NCBI RefSeq assembly: GCF_006345805.1
Contig: NC_042998.1
Span: 41,354,001-41,418,000 of the forward strand
Reading direction: 5' to 3'
DNA: 64,000 bases
DNA from: Octopus sinensis
Taxonomy: Eukaryota
In this document: positions 38,427-51,467 of the stretch, in pieces
Numbering within the stretch: position 1 is the stretch's first letter
How the letters are laid out: every line of letters starts with the position of its first letter
Notes under the pieces: generated by a model
What the model was told of the DNA's origin: nothing
Database searches by the model: none
Seen by the model: the letters and a program-made list of their open reading frames with translations, nothing else
Made by a program: the position numbers and the translations under genes

Positions 38427-41400
38427 GTAGGTAAAAGTTGTCATCCTCCATTTCTTTCTATATCTTCTCTTGTTGTGTTCTATGTCTATTGCATAATGTA
38501 TATAATTCCTACATTTGACCGACAAGGTAACATCTCAACCGCTCTCGGTATTCTGAATTTGCACCTACACATATGTGGAGACATGTGCACGCACGATTGT
38601 ATAAGTATATATATGTATGTGTGTATACATGTGTGTGTGTGTCTGCTCATGCATACACAGACATGCTGCGCACAGATTTGAGTACCACATAAATATACTC
38701 TCTTCCCATGCACATACATACTCTAACCATATTGATTGCCAGTTTGGTTGTATTTTCATTTGTTTTTATTACAGTTGTTTCTTGACAAGACTTTAAATTC
38801 AGTATATCAGACTGACCAAACTCGTGTAGATGGCTTTATGCCATTCACTGTACCACTAACCTTTTTTACTATTATAAGACAAACTTTTAGGCTTTCAAAT
38901 TTGTTTATATGTTCGAAGCTAAAATTTTGTATTAATATACACTTCAAAATTTTACATAACTTTTTATATAGATTTTTTTCTTAAAGTTATCTTATTTTAG
39001 CTTTCTTTAATATTTTTTCATTACTGTTATTGACTTCTGTCCGTTAAAATTTCTCTTCATTGTAAATATCTCACAATGCAGTTTGTTAAGTGATGTAAAT
39101 GAATTATTTTGATAGTTCTATCAAAAGAAAACAGATTTCATGCTCTTGTGACATCACCGTCAATGTAAATATTTAATGTTAATTTCATCTAACTTTGACA
39201 AACTTTAGATTAATATTATAATAATAATTTTTTACTTTTGCCAATTTCTACACTTCTGTTTGTTTTGTTTGAATATTTTAGGTCTATATTTATTTATATT
39301 TTTTTGTTTTTCCCCACTTCTTCTTAAGTTACTTTTAATTATTTATTATAATTTTTTTTTTTTTTGCTGTGAAAAATTAAAGCAATTAATATTTTAAAAA
39401 AGAATTTGTTCATCCTTTCAAATAATAAATCTCATACCTCAAAAACAGGAAAACAGCAGGTTAAAAGTAGCAGTTTAGTTTGGGATTTCAAAGTCATTTT
39501 GAAAAATATTTAAATGTGTATAAGTTGCAAAAGATGAACTAAACAGTTTGTTTTTAACTAGTTATTTAATAGAATGTTCTTCTACGATGATTTTTGTAAC
39601 ATATTCTGTCTAAGTTGTTAGTTGCATATAAGTTATTATTCTATATAAGGAATAAATTATTTAACACCTTCAATAGCCTTGGACTTTATATATTTCTATT
39701 TTATTTTAAATTCCTCTTTATATAACATGATAAACTTTATTTTTTTATCATTAGATTAGAATGCTGTAATGAAATCATTTTCTTGTTATATCAAAATGAA
39801 TTTTTTTTTCCAAAGCTTAAGTTATTTGTTAAACAATCATACCATTCCATTGTTTCTTTTATTGTTGTCCTCCAACCAGAAGAAAACAAAATTTCTTTTT
39901 GATTTTTATTTTGGACTGCTAAATTCATTAACCATATTTTTTTATAGTGTTGTTACAATTTCAGTATGTGTGTGTGTGCAAGTACACATGTGCACGTGTG
40001 TGCCTGTGTGTGTGGTGGTGGTGGTGGGAAACAATTCTTTTACAACTAAAGATGATACCTAAACCTAACAACTCAACTATGAAATAGCATTATTTTAAGA
40101 TTATCTGAAATAAGTAATCTTTGCTTAGCATGCAACACAATACCTAAGTCAACACTGTAACCATTTAGCCACTTGTTCAGAACTAAGCTACCACTAGCTC
40201 CCTGCTAATATACTTTGAAATCAAACTTTTCTATTATTTCCTCTACAGTGTTGCTCTCTGAACTAGAATTTCTACTTATGTAATTTCATTTTGAATGTGA
40301 CTACCTTTATTTTTTTTTTGGTGGGGGGGGGGTCTGTGTGTTCTCCTTGCTTTCTTTAATCTCCACAGTTATTGCTTTGTAAATGCCTTTTTTATGTGTT
40401 TTGAAAATTTTAAGAAAATAGTGATCTATTTTCTTTATTAAATTAAAAAGAAAATATTAACTTGATACAAAGCTGTTCAGTTTTTAACAGCTAAACAATT
40501 GAGTCTCTTTATAGTTGTAACTCTTTAAATTAGAAAGAAAACCTCTCAAATCACACCTTAGTTTCTTAAAAAGAGAAAGGACATAATAATACAGTAGGAA
40601 AAAAAAAAGCAAGAACACATTTTGTTATGTCTGTTCAGTCAGGACTGATTTGGGGTTAAACAACTATTTTAATCTCCTTTAAAAAAAAAAACTTATTCCA
40701 ACTGCCATTCTTACTAACATACATGAATCACTGTGTTCTATGTTAATCTATGCATGATTACAATCAGAGAATCTGTAGGGAGATGCACTCCTGCCATTGC
40801 AAAAAAATACCCTTTTTTTTTTTTGGTCTTACTGTTGCATCTTTCTCTGTATTGTCAGTGTTTCATAATTAAAACCAATTCACTGATATCTACCTTATAC
40901 TTCATCAATTGTATTGTTTGCATATCATTCTCTTTTTGTCTTGTTATTTGTTGTTTTCAATCTCTATAAAAGCAAACTATTAATTTTGTCTTACTTTCTT
41001 TTATCATTCAAAATGATTTCATTGCGACTGTCCTTCATTGTTCATTAATTGATGATTCATTTTCAAAGTATTGTGTAACTCTTCCATTCACACTTTCAAT
41101 AATTTCAGAATAGTTCTTTAATATAACCAACTGATAAAGTCTATTCCAGTAATTTGTTAATTAGCTTGTTTGTAAACTATTTGCATAATAAAAATAATAA
41201 TGATAATAATAATAATTTTTCTTTGGTTTTCCTAAGTTCAAAAAATTAATTTTGTATTTCAAATTATTTTAGATAATTGGCCAAACTCATTCTATTTTCT
41301 TAATTTTTTTCAATTAATGCATAACTTTATTAGTTGCTGCATAATTGTACATTAAGCTCACATAAAGAGAATCAGATTTGAATTTTTAGTTGAAGCTTAA

Positions 41401-42071
41401 TTGCAGCCTCATTTTCTTAATCTTTTGAATGTGTGTGTACAGGAAAAATGAGTGTAACACATGTGCAAAATAGTTGCATATCCAATATTTAATTTGTGCT
41501 ATTGATAAATTCTATTGAATATTTACTCAGTAACAATGAAGAATAACATTATCATTACATTTAGGCACAAAACATACTGTCCAACTTGTTTCTTGTAGCC
41601 CTCTGTTTAAGACAATTGTAATTAGACCAAGCATATGTTGACAGTTTTAATATCCACTTTTATGAGAAGAAGGGTATAAATAAAAGTTTGATTTCCTAAA
41701 GTGACAGCTATTAAAATATCCATGCCTGCCTTATGAGTGGAAACAAACTGAAATTAGCCTTAGGTTCTGATAAAGCAGTTTCTTCAATGAAAATGCTCAT
41801 CTGTTTTGATGTTTAATGTTATAATCTCTTTCTATTATCTGTTCCTGTTTTGGTTTTGGGCTTTAGTATGTTGTTACTTGCTGCTACTGCTGCTGGATTG
41901 ACAAATTTCATTAGAGTTTCAAAAAATACCTTGCAGCATTTCTAAGTACAAAGTACTGGTCAGCTACTGGGGGTTGATAGTATTCACTAATTTCATCCCT
42001 TTAAGTTGTTAGCTTTGTATCTAAATTAGAAACAATTATTATTATTATCATCATTATTATTATTATTATTA

Positions 42072-43030
42072 TGAAGGTCGTGAGCTGGCAGAATCATTAG
42101 CATTCCAGGTAAAATGTTTAGTGGCATTTTGTTCATCTTCATGTTCTGAGTTCAGATTCTGCATAGGTCCACTTTGCCTTTCATCTTTTAAAGATCAATA
42201 AAATTGACCAGTTGAGTACTGAGGTAGATGTATCAAAGTAGTGAGCTAGCAGAATCGTTAGCATGCCAGGTGAAATGCTTAGCAGTATTTCATCTGCCTT
42301 GATATTCTGAGTTCAAATTCTGCTGAGGTCGACACTTTGCCTTTCATCCTTTCGAGGTCGATAAAATAAGTACCAGTTGAACCACTCATCCCCTCTCGCC
42401 AAAATTGCTGCTCTTTTGGCAAAATTTAAAACCATTATTATTATTATTTATTTATTTATTTATTGCCTACTGGGGGCTAAACATAGAGGGGACAAACAAG
42501 GACAGACAAAGGGATTAAGTCAATTACATTGACCCTAGTGCATAACTGGTACTTATTTAATCAACCCCGAAACGATGAAAGGCAAAGTCGACCTCAGCAG
42601 AATTTGAACTCAGAATGTAACAGCAGATGAAATACTGCTAAGTATTTCACCTAGTATGCTAATGTTTCTGCCAGCTCGCTGGCAGAAACATTAGCTCGCC
42701 GGGCGAAATGCTTAGCGGTATTTTGTCTGCCGTTATGTTCAGAGTTCAAATTCCGCCAAGGTCGACTTTGCCTTTCATCCTTTCGGGGTCGATAAATTAA
42801 GTACCAGTTACACACTGGGGTCGATGTAATTGACTTAATCCCTTTGTCCTTGTTTAGCCCCCTTGTAGGCAGTAAAGAAATAAGAAATCATTTGCATGCC
42901 AGATATGATGCTTAGTGGCATTTCATTTGTCTTTATATTCTAAGATCAAATGCTGCCATGATCAACTTTGCCTTCCATCTTTCTGGGTGAAAATAAGTGC
43001 TAGTTGATCACTGGGTTCAATGTAATTAAT
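42072..43030. mobile_element. Cluster of five SINE family D copies, including a head-to-head pair
   Basis: + copies at ~42072-42230, ~42240-42420, 42678-42885 and ~42895-43030; - copy at ~42455-42677. All share gagctggcagaa...aaatgcttag...gagttcaaattc...gactttgcctttcatcc. Confidence 0.88.
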
Positions 43031-46000
43031 AGGTCTTGTGCCTATAGTACAGAAAATTATTATCATTATTATTATTATTATTATTAACCCTGACACATCA
43101 CCAAAGACTGGGTCTTTAGTTTTGAATGTGTCACATTCTGATCATAGCATCATTTAATTTCTTCTTAGGACCTCCTTTAACTGTTTCACCTTATAGTGTA
43201 AAAGCACTTTTTTTTTTCATGCTAGAATAGAAAATCTTTGCATGTCAGGCATATCTTTAACAACAGACGAATGCTTATTGATATGAAACGAAAAATAAGA
43301 ACCAGACAAATACTTTTAAAAAGATTGAGAAATTCATGTAACTTTCACATATGCATTGATCTTAATATTTCAAAGAAATTTGTATTGTAAGGGTGAGGGG
43401 ATTTGAAAATTTAATGATAAAATTTTAATTAAACAGTTACAATCCATACTTGTTTCTCTCAGTTATATTCCTAAACTGCAGTTATCATTTCATCAAGACT
43501 AATTCATTTTTATGCACATTTGTGGAATATGCAAATCTGTTCAAGCAACACACCAAACTAAAGACCCTTTTAAGAGCAAGGTGCTAATATTTGTCCATTT
43601 AGAAGAGCAATGGTTGGCAAAAATAATGATGCTAGAATAAATGTTTTGCCTAGTTTCGTTGTACCTCTTTAAATATTTTAGTTAGCTCCTATTGGAGCTG
43701 AAATTCCAGGGTCAGTGAAATAAAGACATTCATACATGGCTTCAATTCAATTAACTATACTTCTCTCTTTATATCAAAGTGAGAATTTGCTATTTGTTCA
43801 CCCTATTTTTTTACTTGCAAAATCCCTTTTTGAAACTTTATTAGAATTTAGTGAATCTGAAATTTATGGAGAAAGGAGGTTATGTCATTATCATATTTTT
43901 TCAGCAAAAATAGATTCACTTTGTCTCTTGCTTTTAGGTTACTTTGTTCAGATATTAATAAATATATCATTCATTTACCAGAAGCAATTGTATATATTAC
44001 CATCATCAGTATTATTTAGTTTCTAGTATTATCCTTTATACTAAATTTGTTGTAATTGTAAACATTTTCTCTTCACCTTCCTCATTCTGCAAATTTTGTT
44101 TTTGTTTTCTAAGCTCTCTTAAATTTTTTTTTTCTTAAAAACATTGGTATAATTTGTTATAGATCATTTGGAAAGGAACTGTTTTGCAATTTTATTTATC
44201 ATTTACTTAAGGCAAGTCAGCCATGCAAGGTCTGTCCCTTTTGGCTGCAACCAGACTTACAGAACCAAAACATAGAACTGAGACTAGATTGTAGACTTGG
44301 TATGCTAAAAACTTACCAAGGTAAATAGTGCTGGCTTACATACATGTATGCATGTAGTGCAAAGTGTTCATATGCATGTATACATAAACACTGATGTGTG
44401 TCTGAGATTACAGAGGCTATCATCTAAAATATATCAAAATAATAGTTTAACAATTTATTTTTTCCCATTGTAGCAAGGGGTTATTCATACCCATTCAACA
44501 TTACACACATTTCTTGACTATCTCTCTTTTCAGTTATTGACCTAACTTGAATCGCTTTTTATATTATTCAGCTCTTAACATTTATTTAGCAAATTTTTCA
44601 ATGTACCATACCACTATAATTTCTATTCCCTTTTTCTAGAGGTTACTTTTATTGTTATTATTTCAGTACTTATTTACAGTGTGCTAGATCATTTTCAACT
44701 TTTTATACTTATATTTCACTCATGTATGTACTACTGAATTCATAACATTCAAAACCATACATTTTAGAAATATTACATAATTAACTTGTGTTAGTCAAAA
44801 TTCAAAGCTATGAAGTTAATCAGGATGCATCTAAAGTGTTTGTGTGTGCTCTGCTCATCCCTGGCAGGCATCAATTTAACTAGAACCATGCTTGTAGCAA
44901 ATAAATCAACAGAATAGGGACTCAAGCATTGTTAAAGCTTCATCAAAGTCTGAACCAGTGAGCTGTCAGTTTGTGAAAGAATGCATTTAAACAAGAATGA
45001 ACTCCTCTATTGCCTAAAGCTAAACATTCTTCCACCTTAGTGAATGTTAATTTTCACTTTTTATATTTAAGGAAATATGAAATCTTTTGTGAGCAAATAT
45101 AATTACTATTAAGCATGAAAGGAGAATTTTTTTTTCTATTTTTTAATATCATTTTATTAGAAGTCTTTATATATTCTTTAAAAGAAGTTCCATATTTTCT
45201 GGTAAACATCACAGCTTTTGTGGTTGATTTTATTATTTGAGAAATTGATTAAACTTCTAGGAACATCTGAAGAATCCTTGATTCTGTTCTTAGGCCATAT
45301 TCTCAGGTTTAGTGACCATAGTAAATACCCATATATGTTTTGCAATCAGAATAATAGCTATGCAGTGTGTGAACATTTTATTAACAGAAACCTTGTTTAT
45401 TTAAAAGATTTTAAATATTTCATTATTGAAAATAAATTTCTATAGAAGGAAATTTTTTTATCACTTTTATCATAAATTGCTGATTAGCCTATGTCTATTT
45501 ATGTTACTGTTCAATGCTTAGGTAATGGAAGCAAAAGTTTTTATTTGACCAAGATGTTTTGAAAAAAACATTTATTTTTCGCTTTTCATTTAGTCATTTG
45601 AATGATTTATATATAGTTGATAAGGTCTTTATTAGTTTATGAAAGTTATTTCCATATTTCATTTTTAACACCTATCTCGCTAAATCCTATAAAGTAATAA
45701 AAGCTTCTTGTTGAAGAGCTTCAAATTCAATTGAAATTAACTCGAGATAATTAAACTATGACATTTGATAAGCTAATATGTCTCAAAGAAGTCCACTGTT
45801 ACCTCAGGCCATGCATTACCATTGACACGATTCTTGTCTTTAATAGATTTAATAGACACTTTCTTTCAAATTCTGAAATTGCAGGTGCTAAATTTAAATT
45901 TCTGAGCACGATGTTGATATTATTATAAAATATCACAGCTAAAAGTAATTAGATTTGTTTGCAATATGGAAGTTAATATAAATAAATAAATAAAGTGTAA

Positions 46001-47014
46001 AATTTAACTTTCTCTTTCCATTTAACTATATTTCAGATTTTCCTTTTAGGTTTAATATTTCACTGCCTGGGATATGTTAGAATGAATATCTACAGGAAAT
46101 AAAACAAAGTATATGATGGTTTCAGTAACAGAATTTAATTTGACACTTTACATTAACCATAATTTTATTGCTGACATGCTTATTCTTGTATTGGGATATA
46201 GTTTACAATATCGATTATAAAAAAAAGAAAAGTCTTGACATTCACCTCCTCTCAATTCATTTTCTCTTTTTCAATGGGCTTCCATTCTTGTTGAAGAATT
46301 TTTCATGCCAAATTTTATATTGAAATGTTATTCTTGACATTGATCTTCAAGTGAAATGTCTTCTCATTAGTTTGGCTTTTATGTATCATTGAGAAATTTT
46401 CACTAACACAATAAGTGCTTGCAGCTCTTGCTTATGTCTCAAAATTGTTTTGCAGCTTACCAACATGGCATGATGCTGCTTAATTAATTTTGGTACTTTC
46501 ATTAAATGTAATAAGCAATTGGATTTATTTTATGTACATTGCTTCAAAACAGTCAACAAAACATCTGTCTAGTTTATGAACTAGTAATGTTAGACAAACT
46601 ACTCTTTCTCTCTCTCAAAGGTTTCATTAATATAATACCAATTTGGATGTTTGCAAATGGATTGTTGGAACAAGTATTTTTACAACTAGAGTCTATCCCT
46701 ATTTCTAATCACTTAGGCATATAGTGAAAATGGTAACTGTTTTGGTTTGGCAGATGAAAGTGAATGCAAAACTTAACCTTGTCTAGGGCCGTATTGATGA
46801 AGTAATGTTTGACTTCATTGCATTTACAGTTAATAGCCTAGCAACTTAGCCTTAAAGCCTTTAATACTTCAGTTTCAAAATAAAACTAGTTCAGAAAAGA
46901 ATAAATACCATTTTTTCTTAGATAAACCAACACTTCTCAACCATTTTTTTTTATTACTTATGGACCCCTTTCATTGTTATTTTACTTGAATATACCCTCT
47001 TAGTCATTTGATGC

Positions 47015-47212
47015 TTAAAAAATCCCATTATATCTTAATACTGGTGACACATAAAAGCACCTATTACACACTCGGAGTGGCTGGCATTAGGAAGGGCATC
47101 CAACCACAGAAACTATGCCAAATCAAACTGGAGTCTAGTGCTGCCTTCCAGCTTGCCAGCCCTGATCAAACCATCCAACCTATGCCTGCATTACATCATC
47201 ATCATTTAATGT
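47015..47212 (+). mobile_element. RTE-tail / SINE family E copy
   Basis: ctcggagtggctggcattaggaagggcatccaaccacagaaact...ccatccaacctatgcc matches 33484-33678. Confidence 0.7.
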
Positions 47213-47834
47213 CTGCCTTCCATGATGGCATAATGATGATGTTATGATGATAGATTAAATATTGTTAGTAATTGTATTTAAAAAAATTGTTGAAACATGT
47301 TATATATTGTAGAAGTATAACTAATTTATAACAGATAATTTTACATGGACCCCATTTGAGAACCACTGATATAAACTAAATGAAAACTAATTTTTGATAG
47401 CGAGATTTCACACTATTCAATTGAATAAAGAAGAAACTGGAAATAATACATGAAACCATATATCTATCAGCTTGTGCTAATACTTAGATGTTCCAGTTCG
47501 TTTTGGTGTGTAAGTCAGTTTCTGACTGCATTAATGGAATGTAATCATATTCTTTCTATCTTGATTTAATTATAAACATTCATGAAAATATCAACAGATT
47601 ATCTGCTTCTGAAGTATTTTATTGTGAACTTTTCCCTGTATCAAAATAACTATCAATTTTGGTGTTTTTTGTTACAATACAGAGGAGGCAAGAATGTATT
47701 AAAGTGAATCAATTCTGATGAAACATTTCACACAATCCTTTTCCAAAGAATTCAGTTACTTCCAATTTCAAAAATGATTATGTATGTTAGTTCATAACCA
47801 TTGTTTTCACTGTCTATTCTTGTAGGAAATTTAA

Positions 47835-48200
47835 CAGCCATAGCTGTGTGGTAAGAAGCTTGCTTCCCACCCACATGGTTCTGGGTTCAGTCCCACTGTG
47901 TGGCACTTTGGGCAAGTATCTTCTATATAATTGGGCTAACCAAAGCCTTGTGAGTGGATTTGGTTGACAGAAACTGAAAAAAGCCCATCGTGTGTCTGTG
48001 TTTGTCCCCCATCACCACTTGACAAACCAGTGTTGGTGTGTTTATGTCCCTGTAATTTAGCAGTTTGGTAAAAAGATACTAATAGAATAATTACCAGACT
48101 TTACAAAAAAAATAAGCCCTGGGGTCAATTCATTTGACTAAAAATTCTTCAAGGACCTGCCCTAGTATGGTCGCAGTCTGATGACTGAAACAAGTAAAAT
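47835..48200 (+). mobile_element. Near full-length tRNA-derived SINE (family A)
   Basis: tRNA-like head (tagctgtgtggtaagaagc ... gggttcagtccc), central ggcaagtatcttcta/gtgagtggatttgg core, 3' end gcagtctgatgactgaaacaagta. Confidence 0.8.
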
Positions 48201-49962
48201 TTTGTAATCTTTTTGATTCTGCCCATGCCTATCTCATTTCTCAGAAAACGCTCTCTTCATTCTACATTTTCTACCAATTATTGAACTCTCTTTAATTTTG
48301 GTAGGGTTTTTCCCCCAAAATTAAGCAAATGCTTTTTCTGATTCTGCATGGCTATGAAAGATTGACATTTTCATCTTAACCAAAAGTTTCAATTACCTTC
48401 ATTCAGTTGTGCATTTCCATACTTCAGACCTCTGCAGTTGAATATCAAGGAGCATAAACTATTTATGACAAATGTCATTAACTCATTTAATATTTCACTT
48501 TAGTAGAATATACGCAAAGTTTGGTTTATTTATATCAGTATATTTACCTCTTGTAAAAGCATGATGTCTATTGTAAGATGGTTGGAAACCCAGATAATTA
48601 CTTCACTAATAGTGGTAAAGGATTCTCTCTTCATACAAAATGCATTTTATATGCTGCCTGTGTCAGAAACGTTATCCAACATGATATTGCAGTTTGAACA
48701 ATAAATTTAGGGATAAATAACAATTAGAGAGAAACCAGCTGCTGTGATATTCTGAATGCAACATGAATACATTGGGAATAGTAATATACATTTTTCTGTT
48801 ATTAATCTCTTATTATTTAGATTGAACCTTATTATTTCTACTCAATTTATTGATGCACATCACAGCCTCATAGCCTAATACAAAAAAATATGATAAGCAA
48901 ATTAAACTGCAGATAATGTTTTCTTTTACAGAAAACACTAGTTAAAATATTCAGATTTAACTTCTCTGTTATGTTCATATGTTGCTAATAAAGAGTTTAA
49001 GCTTAAATGACCTCAGAAAAATGTCCTTTACAAGATTGAATTACATGGAAAATTGCAGAAAATTATATTTTTTGTTTGTTTGTTTTGGGGGTGGGGTTTG
49101 TGTTTGTTAACTTTGCAAATGATAATTTTTACTGTAATTTTTTAGAGCTATTACTTTCTAGCTGCATACTCTTCTTATTGAAAACCTCTCAACTATGATA
49201 TAGAGTAGTACTTATTTTCCACTAAATTAAGTCACAATCAGTCACACTTAATTTTTAGAGCATGTCATAATGATTTCCTTGATGTCTAGAACACTATATC
49301 CCACAATGAATAACTGTTTCTTTAATAACGAAATTTAATTCTTTTCTGTCATTTTTACCTTGATATCAAATAGAAAGTTTATCTAAATGGTTAGCTTGCA
49401 ATGGACCACTGTAAATCCCAGTGTTGAGAATATTTTTTCCCTAAAATATTTTCTTGAGAATTTAAAATACTTCCTAGAGGACAAAGGTTATGTTTCTCAG
49501 AAACAAATTTTAACCCCTTTGGAGATTTGTCTCTGCTAAACTTAGCATACCTTTGTACTATAAAAAATAAATGTAAGAATGCAAACTATAAATGATCAAC
49601 ATAATCAATAGTTGCTCAGTCACTAACAAAACATCTCATTAAAGTAAGAGACACTGTTTTATGTTTATCTTTTTATTTCCTCCCCAAACTTTCAAGCCAA
49701 AATTAAGATAAATTACTGGGAAATACAGTAATTTATCTTAAATGTTGTCATTGGATGAAGCTTTAATTATAGAAATTCAATGACTTATCTTTCTTAAGCA
49801 AACAAAATAATGCTCTGAATCAACTTTCCTTTGTACGTATTCACCTAGTAATTGTTTATAGTTATATAAACACATGCGCATGTGTATTTTATGAAAATTC
49901 AATTGCTCATACTAACTGAAACGCAACCTATAAGACAGTTTACTGCTAGTTTATGTGATGTG

Positions 49963-50000
<38 letters not shown>

Positions 50001-50285
50001 GTTTAACATCCACTTTCCATACTAGCATGAGGACTGGTGAACCAGATGGCTGCACCAGGCTCCAATCTGATCTGGCAGAGTTTCTACAGCTTGATGCCCT
50101 TCCTAACGCCAACCACTCTGAGAGTGTAGTGAGTGCTTTTACATGCCACAGGTGGAACTGGCAACGGCCACACTCAAGTGGTGTTTTTCACATGTCACTT
50201 GCACAGGAGCCAGTCCAGCGACACTGGCAATGACCTTGCTCAAATGTTTTTTTCATGTGCCAGTAAGGCAATGCTGGTAACAATC
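49963..50285 (-). mobile_element. RTE-tail / SINE family E copy with long (CAT)n tail
   Basis: (CAT)n at ~49963-50000 (the poly-His of ORF 49955-50233), followed by the reverse complement of family E. Confidence 0.78.
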
Positions 50286-50334
50286 AGGTTTAAATATGCA
50301 TATATATATATGTATGTTATTTATATTATTATAT

Positions 50335-50562
50335 GATTGAATGCCACGCATCCTCTTCCAAGATAGTTTTATGTATATAGTTGAAATTTATAGAAAAACA
50401 AAAGACAAAGACAGGTGTATGAACAACAAGCAAAAGTATTAGTTTGACGCTCAGGTAAAAATGAAAAGTCTTTTACATTTCAAGCCTACGCTGTTCAACA
50501 GAAAGGAATAAGGGGAAATAAACAGGGAGAATGAAAAACCTTGTAAATTACAGTGGTCCAGC
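50335..50562 (-). mobile_element. Penelope-like terminal repeat fragment (same family as 184-340)
   Basis: Reverse-complement similarity to 184-340, including the hammerhead-like motif at 50468-50506. Confidence 0.5.
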
Positions 50563-50579
50563 ATATATATATATATATA

Positions 50580-50935
50580 TCATCATCATCATCTTAATAT
50601 CCTTTTTCCATGTTTGCATGAGTCAAATGGAGTTTATTTGGGTTGATTTTATGTGACCAGATACCCTTCCTGTTGCCAACCCTCACATTTCCAAGCAAGA
50701 TAATATTTCTTCATCACTAGACAGGTTTTCACAAAATATTGGAAATGAAAGAGCCAGCTCATATGACAGTAACACTCTTTTACTGCTGTCAAACAATGTC
50801 AAGACAAGGAGATACAAGCATACTCATATTCACACACCATATATATACAAATATGTACAACAGGCTTCTTTCAATTTCCTTCTGCCAAAACCATGTGGTG
50901 TGAAGCAAACTTCTTAACCACAAAGCTATGCTTAT
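50580..50935 (-). mobile_element. SINE family A/B copy with internal deletion
   Basis: Reverse complement of the head (accatgtggtgtgaagcaaacttcttaaccac) and of the tail (ccttcctgttgccaaccctcac...ccaagcaagataatattt). Confidence 0.6.
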
Positions 50936-50983
50936 CCCTATAAACCATGATTCCATCTCTAAACATGCCTGTGTGTATGTGTG

Positions 50984-50986
<3 letters not shown>

Positions 50987-51059
<73 letters not shown>

Positions 51060-51085
51060 TATATACACACACACACACACATACA
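50987..51085. repeat. Compound (TA)n(GA)n(TG)n(CA)n microsatellite
   Basis: Directly visible; source of the spurious ORFs at 50789-51128. Confidence 0.95.
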
Positions 51086-51467
51086 CATCCATATGGAAAT
51101 GTGTGCTCAAATACATGAAAGCAGATAGAATAGGATATTAAATGTATCTTTTTATTATAACATCATAAATTGCATAATCTTTATATGTTTCACTTGCAAA
51201 TATTAGTATGTTGTGCAGTAATTGTTATGTAATCAATTACATTGAAAACCTAGGTCTTCTTAGGAAAATAGTAATTTAATCCCTAGTTATTTACCAACCT
51301 TTGTTGATTGATACATACATACATACAAACACACATGTATATACACGTTTTATATCCTTGACAAACGTTGGATATATAAGAAAATGAAGTGGAAGTAAAA
51401 TCAATGTGTTCACATGACATACTTCACAAGACTCCAAAACGTCCTCTCAGCGACTCCTATCGACCCC

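Noticed and set aside
37892-38434. 180-aa ORF with poly-Q, poly-H and poly-T
   Set aside because: Non-ATG start; built from short simple repeats in the probable 5' UTR; its phase at either nearby GT is incompatible with the phase-0 dystrophin junction. Only its ATG-initiated 3' part is kept, as a uORF.
44220-44326. AAG|GTAAAT donor preceded by ATG CTA AAA ACT TAC CAA (MLKTYQ, superficially like the Dp116 start)
   Set aside because: That ATG reaches the donor in phase 1 and the phase-0 frame has TAA at 44306; similarity too short to be meaningful.
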